A stretch of DNA of 64,000 nucleotides, taken from an uncultured delta proteobacterium. GTDB lineage: Bacteria > Desulfobacterota > Binatia > Binatales > Binataceae. Positions 20,911-31,067 of the stretch are shown piece after piece. Every line of letters starts with the position of its first letter. The stretch's first letter is position 1. The translations under genes and the position numbers were made by a program. Under the pieces are notes generated by a model. The model saw nothing but the letters and a program-made list of their open reading frames with translations. It was not told the DNA's origin and ran no database searches. The stretch spans positions 2,304,001 to 2,368,000 of the forward strand of contig CAVXXK010000001.1 in assembly GCA_963765675.1 (NCBI GenBank), written 5' to 3'.

Positions 20911-22209
20911 TTGTCGATGCTGCGATGGGGAATCATGGCCGCGATTGTTGTTGCGGTACTCGCAACTCGCGCTGCGCGCGCGGCCCAGCAGCCGACCCTC
21001 GCGCCGTCGACCGAGATGGTGCTGACGGTCGATCAGCTCGTGCAGCTTGCCGAGCAGGCAAATCCCACCGTCAAGGCGGCGCGCGAAAGATGGTACTCAG
21101 CCGAGCATTCGATAAAGCAGGCCTACGCACCCAACGATCCGATCTTCACCTTTTACAACACTGACAGTCCGAAGAATCCGTTCAGCCGCCCCGGAGAGCA
21201 ATCGTACAACCTCACCGAGTCGTTTCAATTCCCCGGCAAGGCGCTGTTGCAGACCGATCAGGCCAAGCGCAACGCGCAGATCGCGCGGCTTGCCTACGAG
21301 GCCTCGCTGCGCGACACGCGGGCCGCGGTCGAGACCGGCTACTATCAACTCGTGCTCGACTCCGCCCTGTCCAATGTCAACGCGGAGAATCTGGATAATC
21401 TCTCGCGCGTGCTGAAGGTGACGCAGATTGCGTACACCGCGAATCAGGCCACGCAAACCGATTTCATCAGTGCCGAATTCGATCTCGCCGCGGCGCGCCA
21501 GCAACAAGCGCAATATGAGACCTCGGTACTGAACGACGAGACGACGCTCAATCAACTGCTGAATCGCGCCCCCGGCAATCCGCTTTCGGTCGATCGCTCC
21601 CTTGTGCTTGCCCCGTTGAATGCGCGCGTCGATGCGCTGGTGGATCTCGCGTGGCAGGTGCGTCAGGAGATTCTCGAAACCGCGCTGACCGAGCGGAACA
21701 CCGATACCGCGCTGTATCTGGCGAAAATGGAATACCTGCCCGACTTTACGGTTGGCTACCAGTTCGACAACTACTTGGTGCCCAACTTTGCGCCGCAAAC
21801 CTCGGAAACCCAGGATCATTCGCTGATCGTCGGGTTCAACGTGCCTATATTTTTCTGGTGGCATCAGAAGGAGGATGTCGAGAAAGCGCGGCACGACCTT
21901 GCCGCCTCGCGCGACGATCTGGATTCGGTGCGCACCCAGACCGCGGCCGCGGTGACCTCGACCTTTCGCACCACCCAGCTCGCGTACCAGACGGCGCTTT
22001 TGTATCGGGACTCTCTGATGGGACTTGCGCGGCAGGACTTCAACGTCGCGCTCATCGCCTATCAATCGGGAAAGATTGATTTCACCACCCTGGCGAGCGC
22101 ACTCGGCCGCGACTATACCGCGCGCATCAACTATTTGCAGGCTGCCAACCAGTTTCTGGCCGGCAAGGTCGCGCTCGAACAGACGATCGGGACGTCGTTA
22201 CCCAAATGA
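20911..22209 (+). CDS. TolC/CzcC family outer membrane efflux protein
   Basis: Signal peptide, two OEP-like repeats, AYQSGKIDF; first gene of the RND triplet. Confidence 0.88.
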   Translation: MSMLRWGIMAAIVVAVLATRAARAAQQPTLAPSTEMVLTVDQLVQLAEQANPTVKAARERWYSAEHSIKQAYAPNDPIFTFYNTDSPKNPFSRPGEQSYNLTESFQFPGKALLQTDQAKRNAQIARLAYEASLRDTRAAVETGYYQLVLDSALSNVNAENLDNLSRVLKVTQIAYTANQATQTDFISAEFDLAAARQQQAQYETSVLNDETTLNQLLNRAPGNPLSVDRSLVLAPLNARVDALVDLAWQVRQEILETALTERNTDTALYLAKMEYLPDFTVGYQFDNYLVPNFAPQTSETQDHSLIVGFNVPIFFWWHQKEDVEKARHDLAASRDDLDSVRTQTAAAVTSTFRTTQLAYQTALLYRDSLMGLARQDFNVALIAYQSGKIDFTTLASALGRDYTARINYLQAANQFLAGKVALEQTIGTSLPK

Positions 22210-23330
22210 CCACGCGAAACATCTTTCAACTGACGATCGCCGGATGCGCGATACTCGCGATCGCGGGATGTCGCTCCGCGCTGAACAGCAGCGCCGCCCC
22301 CGGTCCTCAGGCCGAGGTCCCGGTTCTGATTCATCAGAGCGGCCAGCCTGAGATGATCGAACTCAAGCTGTCCACGGTGCCCGGCGCCACTTTCAGCGAC
22401 GTGCACGAGGTCGAGCTGCCGGGAGTTCTCGAAACCACGGGGCAGGTGACCTTCGACGATCGCCGCGTCTCAACGATCGTCTCGCGCGTGCAGGGCCGGA
22501 TCGAGCAGACGCGCGTGTCGCTGTGGGACAACGTGCGACGCGGTGAGCCGATCGTCTCACTCTACAGCCCCGACTTCATGACCGCCGAGGCCGAGTTGCT
22601 CCAAGCCAAGACCACCGCGAATCTGACCGGCGCTCCCGAAATGAGCGGTGGAGTGAACCTTGCCGAGTCTCTCGTATCGGCGGCCAAGCGCAAGCTCGAG
22701 CTACTCGGGATGGACGAGGCCGATATCGCGGCGATCAAGGCGCCGAACCCGGTGGTCTGGATGCGCGCGCCGATCTCGGGCACCGTCGTCGAGAACAAGG
22801 CGCTTCGCGGCGGCGCCGTGAATCCCGGCGATGAGCTGTACTCACTCGGAACCCTCGAGGACGTCTGGATAACCGGTGATATCTACGAAGACGACCTGTC
22901 TCGGGTCAACGTCGGGCAGCATCTCGATGCGGTAACGACTGCGTATCCGACTGAGGTTTTCCACGGCACCATCGCGCGCATCAGCCCGGGCGTCGATCCG
23001 AATACTCACACGATCCAGATTCGATGCGAGGTGCAAAATCCCGGATTGAAGCTCAAGCCGCAGATGCTGGCGCGGGTAAAGATCGTGACCCGGCCGGGAC
23101 AGGCGCTGGTGGTCCCGCAGGACGCGCTGATCTTTGAGACCGACGGCTACTATGCGTATGTCGATGTCGGCAACGACCGCCTCGAACGGCGCAAGGTAGC
23201 GATCGCGTCGTGGGGAGAAAAAGGTTATGCCCGAGTGGTCTCCGGGCTCAAGCCGGGTGACCGCGTAGTCACGGGACAGACCATCCAGGTCGACGCGCTC
23301 TGGCATCAAGCGCACGGAGAAAGCTCCTAA
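22206..23330 (+). CDS. RND periplasmic adaptor (CzcB/CusB-like), probable lipoprotein
   Basis: IAGC lipobox-like, RAPISGTVVE, LKPQMLARVKI, SGLKPGDRVV. Confidence 0.9.
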   Translation: MTTRNIFQLTIAGCAILAIAGCRSALNSSAAPGPQAEVPVLIHQSGQPEMIELKLSTVPGATFSDVHEVELPGVLETTGQVTFDDRRVSTIVSRVQGRIEQTRVSLWDNVRRGEPIVSLYSPDFMTAEAELLQAKTTANLTGAPEMSGGVNLAESLVSAAKRKLELLGMDEADIAAIKAPNPVVWMRAPISGTVVENKALRGGAVNPGDELYSLGTLEDVWITGDIYEDDLSRVNVGQHLDAVTTAYPTEVFHGTIARISPGVDPNTHTIQIRCEVQNPGLKLKPQMLARVKIVTRPGQALVVPQDALIFETDGYYAYVDVGNDRLERRKVAIASWGEKGYARVVSGLKPGDRVVTGQTIQVDALWHQAHGESS

Positions 23331-23357
23331 GCCGCGCAATACGGATTCGATCGAATC

Positions 23358-26300
23358 ATGATCCAATCGCTCATGGGGCTCGCGCTGCGCGAGCGGATTG
23401 TCGTCATAGGACTGGCTATCGTCCTGCTGCTGGCGGGCATTTTCTCATTTACTCAGATCGATATCGAAGCCTATCCCGATCCCGTGCAACCGATGGTCGA
23501 AATCCTGACTCTGCCCAACGGGCTCAGCGCGGAAGAGGTCGAGAAGCTGGTCACGGTTCCGACTGAATATGGACTAGGCGGGCTGCGTAATATGACTCGG
23601 ATGGACTCGATATCTCTGTTTGGGCTGTCCGATATCCGATGCTACTTCAGTTGGGACAGCGACTACTACATGGATCGCATCGAGTCGATCAACCAACTCA
23701 GTTTTATCACTCTACCGCAGGGTATAACTCCGGGTATCTCGCCGGAAAATCCGATCGGAGAGATTTATCGCTACACGGTCCAAAGCCCGGACCATGACTT
23801 GATCAAGCAGAAGGAGATCGAAGACTGGGTTCTGGAAAAGCAGCTCAAATCGGTCGAGGGAGTGATCGACGTTTCGGGCTTTGGCGGCTTGACCAAGCAG
23901 TACCACGTCGACGTAGATCCACAGCGCCTCAATTATTACAACGTCCCGCTTTCGACCTTGATCAGCTCGATCCAGAACGCCAACGTCAACGCTGGCGGTA
24001 ACTACCTGAACGTCGGTGAACAGGCTTTCGACGTTCGTGGGCTCGGTCTTATCACCACGCTCGACGATATCAGGAAGATCGTTCTCAGCTCGACCAAATC
24101 GACTCCGATCACGGTGGCCAACGTGGCCGACGTCTCAGTCGGGTACGCTCCGCGGCTGGGGATTGTCGGAATGAATAATCAGAACGAAGTGGTCGAGGGT
24201 ATCGTTCTGATGCGCAAATTCGGCAACACGCTCACTACTCTTAAGGGCGTGGAGAAGAAAGTTCAGCAGCTAAACACTGAAGGGATGCTGCCCCCGGGTT
24301 ACAAGGTAGTGCCGTATTACGACCGCACCGGCCTGGTCGAGACGACGTTGCATACGGTGATGGAAAACGTCGGGGTCGGGATCCTGCTGGTTTTCCTGGT
24401 ACTGATTTTCTTCCTGGGTAATCTGCGCGCAGCGATTATCGCGGCGATCAATATTCCGCTCGCGCTGTTTGGCGCGTTCATCTTGATGCATCTGACTAAC
24501 ACGCCCGCGAACCTGATTTCGCTGGGCGCGATCGATTTCGGCATCATCATCGACTCGACCGTGATCGTAATCGAGAATATCTATCGCCATCTCTCGGCCG
24601 AAGAGCATCAGCACGAGAGCGTGCGTGCGCGAATTCAGCATGCGGCGCAGGAAGTCGGCGGCCCGATGCTGTTTTCGACCCTGATCTTTGTGATCGCCTT
24701 CCTGCCGCTGTTCACGATGCGCGGAGTCGAGGGCGCGATCTTTTCGCCAATGTCGCACACCTATGCCTACGCGCTCGGCGTCGCGATTCTGCTCGCGGTC
24801 ACGCTGTCGCCGGTGCTGAGCTCGTTCTTTTTCGCGCGCGGAATTAAGGAAGCGCACAATCCGGTGTGGGAGGCGTTCCGGCATTTCTACCACGGGTTGT
24901 TTGTCCGGGTCCTGTCGTGGCCGCGTGTTTCGCTGGGCGTAATTATAGTAATTATCGTGGCTGGGTTCTCGCTGTTCCCGCGCCTGGGCGGCGAGTTTCT
25001 GCCCAAGCTCGAAGAGGGCAATATCTGGGCGCACGCGATGATGCCGCTGACGATTTCGCTCGATCATGGCGCCGCAATGACCAACCGGATGCGCCGGATC
25101 TTCCTGTCCTATCCGGAAGTGACCAACGTGGTCTCGCAGCTCGGGCGTCCGGATGACGGCACCGAGACCACCGGCTTCTTCAGTATCGAATTCTCCGTCG
25201 ATCTCAGGCCGCAGGAACAGTGGCCCGCCGGAATGACCAAGGACAAGCTGGTCGCCGCGATGGATGACCATCTGCGCAAGCAGTTTCCCGGGGTCGGATT
25301 TTCCTACAGCCAGAATATTGAGGACAACGTCGACGAGGCGCTGTCGGGCGTAAAGGCCGGCTCCAACGCGGTCAAAGTGTTCGGTTACGATCTTGATACC
25401 GATGAATCACTCGCCAACCGGATCGCCGATATCTTGCGGAGCATTCGCGGAATCACCGACGTATTCGTGCTGCGTTCACTCGGCCAACCCAATTTGGTGA
25501 TCTCACCCAATCGCGCCGAGTGCGCCCGATATGGACTGAATTCCGGCGACGTCGCCGCAGTGGTGCAGGCAGCGATCGGAGGGCAGGCCGTCACCCAGGT
25601 GCTCGAAGGCGACCGCCGTTTCGACCTGGTCGTGCGATGGAAGCCGCAGTATCGCCAGAGTCTCGACGCGATCAAGCAGATTCGTATCAACGTTCCCAGC
25701 GGCGGACAGGTTCCGCTGGCGCAGGTCGCCGATGTCCAGAGCGCGCAGGGCGCGTCGTTCATCTATCGCGAGGCGCTCGAGCGCTACGTGCCGTTGCGCT
25801 TTTCAGTGAACGGACGCGATCTGGCCTCGGCGATAAGCGAGGCTCAGGCGGCGATAAAAAAACAGGTGAAGATGCCGGAGGGAGTGCATCTCGAGTGGGC
25901 CGGCGAATATGGCGAACTCGAGGCGGCGAACCGGCGCCTGATGATCGTCGTGCCGTTCGCGCTGCTGCTGATCGCGGGTGTGCTCTACGGCGCGACGACC
26001 TCGCTCATCGACACCTTCATTATCATGGCGCAGCTACCAGTCGCGTGCCTGGGCGGTATCGTCGCGTTGTATATAACAGGCACGCCTTTCAGCATCTCCG
26101 CCGCGGTCGGTTTCATTTCGATTTTCGGAATCGCCGTGATGGACGGAATTCTCCTGAGCTTCTATATCCGCCAGCTTTGGGACGAGGGTCATCCGTTTCT
26201 CGAATCGATCATCATGGGCTCGGACCGGCGCTTCCGCGCGATCATCATGACCGCGATGGTCGATTGCGTGGGGCTTCTGCCCGCCGCACTTTCGACCAAG

Positions 26301-26459
26301 ATTGGCGCGCAGACGCAGAAGCCGCTCGCGATCGTCGTGATCGGCGGCGCGATCGCGATCATGGTGATCACCCGGCTCTTGCAGCCGATCCTGATCTATC
26401 TATGCCATCGCCGGCTGCGTCTTGCCGACGCTGCCAGTCCCCGTCCCGCCAACGTATAA
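23358..26459 (+). CDS. CusA/CzcA family heavy-metal RND transporter
   Basis: 1033 aa; IEAYPD, ANLISLGAIDFGIIIDSTVIVIENI, GGEFLPKLEEG, PLAIVVIGG. Confidence 0.95.
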   Translation: MIQSLMGLALRERIVVIGLAIVLLLAGIFSFTQIDIEAYPDPVQPMVEILTLPNGLSAEEVEKLVTVPTEYGLGGLRNMTRMDSISLFGLSDIRCYFSWDSDYYMDRIESINQLSFITLPQGITPGISPENPIGEIYRYTVQSPDHDLIKQKEIEDWVLEKQLKSVEGVIDVSGFGGLTKQYHVDVDPQRLNYYNVPLSTLISSIQNANVNAGGNYLNVGEQAFDVRGLGLITTLDDIRKIVLSSTKSTPITVANVADVSVGYAPRLGIVGMNNQNEVVEGIVLMRKFGNTLTTLKGVEKKVQQLNTEGMLPPGYKVVPYYDRTGLVETTLHTVMENVGVGILLVFLVLIFFLGNLRAAIIAAINIPLALFGAFILMHLTNTPANLISLGAIDFGIIIDSTVIVIENIYRHLSAEEHQHESVRARIQHAAQEVGGPMLFSTLIFVIAFLPLFTMRGVEGAIFSPMSHTYAYALGVAILLAVTLSPVLSSFFFARGIKEAHNPVWEAFRHFYHGLFVRVLSWPRVSLGVIIVIIVAGFSLFPRLGGEFLPKLEEGNIWAHAMMPLTISLDHGAAMTNRMRRIFLSYPEVTNVVSQLGRPDDGTETTGFFSIEFSVDLRPQEQWPAGMTKDKLVAAMDDHLRKQFPGVGFSYSQNIEDNVDEALSGVKAGSNAVKVFGYDLDTDESLANRIADILRSIRGITDVFVLRSLGQPNLVISPNRAECARYGLNSGDVAAVVQAAIGGQAVTQVLEGDRRFDLVVRWKPQYRQSLDAIKQIRINVPSGGQVPLAQVADVQSAQGASFIYREALERYVPLRFSVNGRDLASAISEAQAAIKKQVKMPEGVHLEWAGEYGELEAANRRLMIVVPFALLLIAGVLYGATTSLIDTFIIMAQLPVACLGGIVALYITGTPFSISAAVGFISIFGIAVMDGILLSFYIRQLWDEGHPFLESIIMGSDRRFRAIIMTAMVDCVGLLPAALSTKIGAQTQKPLAIVVIGGAIAIMVITRLLQPILIYLCHRRLRLADAASPRPANV

Positions 26460-26513
26460 GCGCTCGCAGCGGCGGCGCACGTCGTGGTAAACCCGCGATG
26501 GAGGCGACAGGCG

Positions 26514-27353
26514 ATGGATACATTGGCAAGCGGCTTCGGACTGCTCGAGGCTCCGCGCGCTGACGCGCAGGGGCGGCTCTACTTCAGCGATGTTCCCAAC
26601 GGCGGCGTCTATCGGCGAAATCCCGACGGCAAGATCGACACCGTGATTCCCAAACGCCGCGGCGTCGGCGGAATGATGTTCAACGCGGGCGGTGGACTGG
26701 TCACCACCGGACGCGGATTGATTTTGTTCGACGAGACCACCGGCAAGAGCCGTGATCTGTTCGCCGAGTGGGACGGCAAACCCCTGATGGGCCTGAACGA
26801 TCTGACCACCGACGATCAGGGCAGCGTCTATACCGGCTCGCTCAGCTTCGACCCGCTCAGCAACAACACGCCCAAGCCGGGCAGCCTGTTCCGCGTCGAT
26901 GCGCCCGGTCGCGCGACCAAGCTGTGGGACGGAATCCAGGTGACCAACGGCCTCGGGCTGAGCCCCGACCGCAAGCTGCTCTATCATTCCGATTCGCCCA
27001 CGCAGGCAGTTTGGGTTTATGACGTGGCGGCGGACCGCAGCGTCAAGGACCGGAGGATTTTCGCAAAGCTTCCGGCTGGAATGCCGGACGGACTTGCCGT
27101 CGATGCGGAAGGTGGCGTATGGGTCGCGGCGGTGCGCTCTGGCGAAGTGGTGCATATCGGTGCGGATGCGACCGTCAAAAAGCGGATAAAGTTTCCCGCC
27201 ACGATGGTGACGAGCCTGACCTTCGGCGGACGCGACCTGATGGATCTCTATGTCGTCACAGCCGACAACACTGAACATCCCGATCGCAAGGGGACAATCT
27301 TTAAGTTGCGCGCAGAAGTAGCCGGTCTGCCGGTGCCTCTGGCGAAGTTCTGA
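26514..27353 (+). CDS. SMP-30/gluconolactonase family protein
   Basis: LEAPR, LNDLTTD, TNGLGLSPD, PDGLAVDAEG; GGAGG upstream. Confidence 0.9.
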   Translation: MDTLASGFGLLEAPRADAQGRLYFSDVPNGGVYRRNPDGKIDTVIPKRRGVGGMMFNAGGGLVTTGRGLILFDETTGKSRDLFAEWDGKPLMGLNDLTTDDQGSVYTGSLSFDPLSNNTPKPGSLFRVDAPGRATKLWDGIQVTNGLGLSPDRKLLYHSDSPTQAVWVYDVAADRSVKDRRIFAKLPAGMPDGLAVDAEGGVWVAAVRSGEVVHIGADATVKKRIKFPATMVTSLTFGGRDLMDLYVVTADNTEHPDRKGTIFKLRAEVAGLPVPLAKF

Positions 27354-28274
27354 TTATTTCGAGCCTGTGCCTGCTTCCTCCTCCATGTCAGGCAACGGAG
27401 GAGGAAGCAGGCGACTGATTACCAGTGGGGAGTCGCGCGAGCCGGCCAGGACTGCGCTGGCCGCGACCGTTAGCGCGAATGCGCCGACTCTCAGCACAGC
27501 GGCCGAGGGTGCGGAGGGCAGATGCTCTCCAAACGCGATGATGCCGCCCAGGATCGGCACCACGTTCGAGAGTGCTGACGACAGCGGCACCGCGATAATT
27601 CCCCTCGAGTCATGAAATGAGTTCTGCAGCAGAATGGTTCCGGCGATATTCGCGATCACCAGCAGATACACGTACGGATTCGCGCCGATTCTGAGCACAA
27701 GCGCGGCGTCGGGCCGCGCGATAAAGTCGGTCGTCATTCCCTTGGTGTAAAGACTCGCCAGACCGAACGCGACGCCTGACAAAATCGCTGCCGCCGCTCC
27801 CGTCTCACGCAGCCGCACGGTCGCCATCGGCGCCAGCGCCAGCGCGATCAACACCGCCGACAAAACCGTGAGCGCCTGCACGTCGAGCGTGCCTTCGGTG
27901 TCCGCGCTCGACAGCGACGCCGCCAGCATCGCCATCCCGAGCACGGTCGCGCCGATTCCGATCCATTCGCGCAAGTCAGCGCGCTCCTTCAGAGTCGCAA
28001 CCGCGATCACCACGAACATCGCGGTGCCGCCCTGCATCATCACCGCGACCATCGAGACTTGCGCCTGCGAAAGGGCGACCACGTAAATCGCGAAGCCGAC
28101 GGTTTGAACGCCAAGTCCGCCGAGCCACATGGGGTCGGCCAGCCACGCGCCCAGCGCGTGCAGCATCTTTTTTCCTGAAGCTACCGGAAGATGCCCGGAA
28201 CGGCTCTTCATCATCACCAGGCCGCCGCCCATGAACATCGAGGCGACCGCGGCCAGAAGAAGATAGATCAGCAT
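27354..28274 (-). CDS. DMT-superfamily membrane protein
   Basis: About 9-10 hydrophobic segments, WLGG..., LKER...EWIG, FGEHLP. Confidence 0.7.
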   Translation of the reverse strand: MLIYLLLAAVASMFMGGGLVMMKSRSGHLPVASGKKMLHALGAWLADPMWLGGLGVQTVGFAIYVVALSQAQVSMVAVMMQGGTAMFVVIAVATLKERADLREWIGIGATVLGMAMLAASLSSADTEGTLDVQALTVLSAVLIALALAPMATVRLRETGAAAAILSGVAFGLASLYTKGMTTDFIARPDAALVLRIGANPYVYLLVIANIAGTILLQNSFHDSRGIIAVPLSSALSNVVPILGGIIAFGEHLPSAPSAAVLRVGAFALTVAASAVLAGSRDSPLVISRLLPPPLPDMEEEAGTGSK

Positions 28275-28283
28275 CTCGCGCGA

Positions 28284-29447
28284 CTACTGGCCGGCCTTGA
28301 TCTCGTGCATCACACCACCGCGCGTTACCATCAGCTTGCGTCCACCCCAGAGCACTTTATTGCTGGCGAAGCTCGCAAACCAGATTGCGGTCAGGATGAG
28401 ATCCTTGATCGGAACCAGCCACAGGTCGCGCATGAGCTCGGGCAACTTGAGTACGCGCCGCAGCATGAACGCCGACATCGCGATTCGCGCGGCGATAACC
28501 GCCACCAGCGCCACTATCGACGCGAGGCTCGCCTTCGAGACCAGTACCAGGACCAGCGCCCAGAACGGTCCGTGCGCCACGATCGTCGCCATGCTGACCG
28601 GACGCACCATCCGATAGGTTCGCGCCCACCTGAGCTGATGATTCCAGAAGTGGCTGAATTGATCTTCTTCGGCGGTAATCGTGACCAGCGCCGACGACAA
28701 CTTGACCTTCCATCCGTGGTCCGCGGCCATCCGGCCGAGATAGAAATCGTCGGCGAGGTTGTCCTTCACCGCGCGAAAGCCGCCAATCGATTCGAGCGCG
28801 GCGCGCTTCATCGCGATCGTCGCGCCCAGCGCATGGCGCATCGGCTCGATCATCTCGGACAGCATCACCTGCGGCGCGAAGTCGGTGTTGATGAAGAGCG
28901 CTTCCATGCGCGAGGTGATCGAGTTATTCGGATGCGCCCGGTAGGCGCAGGTGACGACGCCAACCTTTTCGTCGGAGAGCAGTTCGCTGACGACGCGCTG
29001 CAGGTAGTCGCGCTCGACATAGATGTCGGCGTCGCTGATGACGAAGATCTCGGCTTTCTCCGCGCGCTCTTCCATCTTGATCGCCTTTGCGATCTTCAGG
29101 TTCACGCAATCCGGCTCTTCGCCGACCACCAGGGTCAGGTTGGCGAACTGGTAGCGGGCGCGCAGCGCGGCCGGAATCGGTGCGGCGGGATCTTCGTACG
29201 AGGAGACCGCGAAGAAATAGTCGATGCGCGAATAGGTGGCTTCGAGGATGCTCACGATATTGTCGGCAAGCGCGCGATTAAGGCCGTGCAGCGGTTTCAG
29301 CACCGCGACGCGCGGTGCAATCTTCGGAAGCGGGCCCGGAGGTTTTGCCGCGCGGCTCGCGAACCGCGCCGCCGCCACCGTCGCCGCAACGTAGTAGAGG
29401 ATCGATACGATTACGCAAGCCAGCGCGAAAGTGCGCAGAATGATCAT
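28284..29447 (-). CDS. hpnI: Hopanoid GT2 glycosyltransferase HpnI (ceramide glucosyltransferase-like)
   Basis: VLKPLHG, ISDADI, LADDFYLG, HQLRWART; adjacent to hpnJ. Confidence 0.85.
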   Translation of the reverse strand: MIILRTFALACVIVSILYYVAATVAAARFASRAAKPPGPLPKIAPRVAVLKPLHGLNRALADNIVSILEATYSRIDYFFAVSSYEDPAAPIPAALRARYQFANLTLVVGEEPDCVNLKIAKAIKMEERAEKAEIFVISDADIYVERDYLQRVVSELLSDEKVGVVTCAYRAHPNNSITSRMEALFINTDFAPQVMLSEMIEPMRHALGATIAMKRAALESIGGFRAVKDNLADDFYLGRMAADHGWKVKLSSALVTITAEEDQFSHFWNHQLRWARTYRMVRPVSMATIVAHGPFWALVLVLVSKASLASIVALVAVIAARIAMSAFMLRRVLKLPELMRDLWLVPIKDLILTAIWFASFASNKVLWGGRKLMVTRGGVMHEIKAGQ

Positions 29448-29510
29448 TGGAGCGAAGTCAATGCTATACGGACGCGCCCGGACCGCAGCCGGACGCGGGC
29501 GCGGCCGCGT

Positions 29511-30959
29511 TCAGGCCGCAGCCTCCTGTTTCATTTGATTGCGGCGCGCACGCATCGTGGACAGGAACTGCATCCCTTCTTTCAGCAGGCGCCTGGTCTC
29601 CTCCGCCGACCCCATCATCTTGCGCACGGATTTGAAGATGTAGCGGGGGCGGAAATAAAAGCTGCGGTAGAACGCCTCGACCGATCCGTAAATCTCGTCG
29701 TTGGTCAGGCCCGGATAAGTAATGGTGCATTTCTGGTAACCGTCGCCATCGAGCAGCGGATCGACGGCCAGGAATCCATTGGCGGTCACGTACTCGAACA
29801 GCTCGGTGCCGGGGTATGGCGAGGCAAGCGAAACCTGGATCGTTTCGCAATCCATCTCGCGCGCGAACCTCATCGATTCCTGGATCGTGTCCTTGGTCTC
29901 GCCGGGCAGGCCCAGGATAAAGGTGCCGTGGATCAATATGCCGATTTCATGACAATCGCGGGTGAAGCGGCGCGCGCGGTCGAGGCCGACACCCTTCTTG
30001 ATGTTCTTCAGGATCTGCGCGTTGCCGGATTCGTAGCCGACCACGAACAGGCGCAGGCCGCCGTCCTTCATGATCTTCAGGGTTTCGTAATCGACGTTGG
30101 CGCGCGAGTTGGTGGACCAGGTGATCCCGAGCGGCTTCAGCAGTTGCGCGATCTTGCGTGCGCGCGCGGGGTCGGCGGTGAAAGTGTCATCATCGAAGAA
30201 CAGTTCCTTCATCTTGGGGAACTTGGCCTTCATCGCCGAGACTTCCTCGAACACGTTCTCGGGGCTGCGTACGCGATAGCGATGGCCCTGCGTCACCTGC
30301 GGCCACAGGCAAAAGGTGCACTTAGCCGGACATCCGCGCCCGGTGTACATCGAGACGTAAGGATACTGACAGTAGGGACTGTTGTACTTCAGGTAGTCGA
30401 GGTTCTTTTCATAAACCTCGGTCACGAACGGCAGCCGATCGAGCTCTTCGTCAGTCATCGCCGCACGGTCGGGATTGTGGCTGATCACGCCGTTTTGCTT
30501 GTAGCTGATTCCGTTGATCTTCGACCAATCCATCCCCTGCGCAACTTCGACCATCGAATGGTCGAACTCTTTGCGGCCTGCGATATCGATGGCCGGCGAG
30601 AGCTTCAGCACCTCGTCAGGACGGGCGGTAGGATGGCCTCCGACGAATGCGATGATCGTGTTTGGATTAGCGGCCTTTATAGCTTCGGCAGTCCGCGCGT
30701 CCATCCGGAGCGATGGCGTCGAGGTGTGGAGCACGACCAGATCGTAACCTTTTGCCTCCTCGATCGTCTTCTCCACCGTATAGCCATGCGGTGGTGCGTC
30801 GAGCAGGCGCGCCCCCGGAATCATTCCGGCCGGGTAGGCGAGCCAGGTAGGGTACCAAAAGGACCAGACCTCGCGCGTGGCCTGATATCGCGAGCCTGCG
30901 CCGCCATCGAAGTCGTCATACGAGGGCGGGTTCAGGAAAAGCGTCTTCATAACGTCCAT
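29511..30959 (-). CDS. hpnJ: Hopanoid radical SAM protein HpnJ
   Basis: FLNPPSYDDFDGGAGSRYQATRE...FWYPTWLA, GRGCPAKCTFCLWPQ. Confidence 0.93.
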   Translation of the reverse strand: MDVMKTLFLNPPSYDDFDGGAGSRYQATREVWSFWYPTWLAYPAGMIPGARLLDAPPHGYTVEKTIEEAKGYDLVVLHTSTPSLRMDARTAEAIKAANPNTIIAFVGGHPTARPDEVLKLSPAIDIAGRKEFDHSMVEVAQGMDWSKINGISYKQNGVISHNPDRAAMTDEELDRLPFVTEVYEKNLDYLKYNSPYCQYPYVSMYTGRGCPAKCTFCLWPQVTQGHRYRVRSPENVFEEVSAMKAKFPKMKELFFDDDTFTADPARARKIAQLLKPLGITWSTNSRANVDYETLKIMKDGGLRLFVVGYESGNAQILKNIKKGVGLDRARRFTRDCHEIGILIHGTFILGLPGETKDTIQESMRFAREMDCETIQVSLASPYPGTELFEYVTANGFLAVDPLLDGDGYQKCTITYPGLTNDEIYGSVEAFYRSFYFRPRYIFKSVRKMMGSAEETRRLLKEGMQFLSTMRARRNQMKQEAAA

Positions 30960-31000
30960 ATTTGAGCAACTCCCCAGCCTGTCCGCTTGGTTAGTCGCTC

Positions 31001-31029
31001 AGTATATGGGCGCGAGCCTCGATGCGCAA
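31001..31029 (-). promoter_or_regulatory. Sigma-70-type promoter of hpnJ
   Basis: TTGCGC-17 bp-TATACT on the minus strand. Confidence 0.6.
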
Positions 31030-31067
31030 GAATCAGTCCGAAATTGTGGCAATTTCAACAGGTAAGC

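Noticed and set aside
28191-30965. 924-aa plus-strand ORF
   Set aside because: Antisense shadow of hpnI/hpnJ produced by high GC3; Arg/His-rich with no motifs
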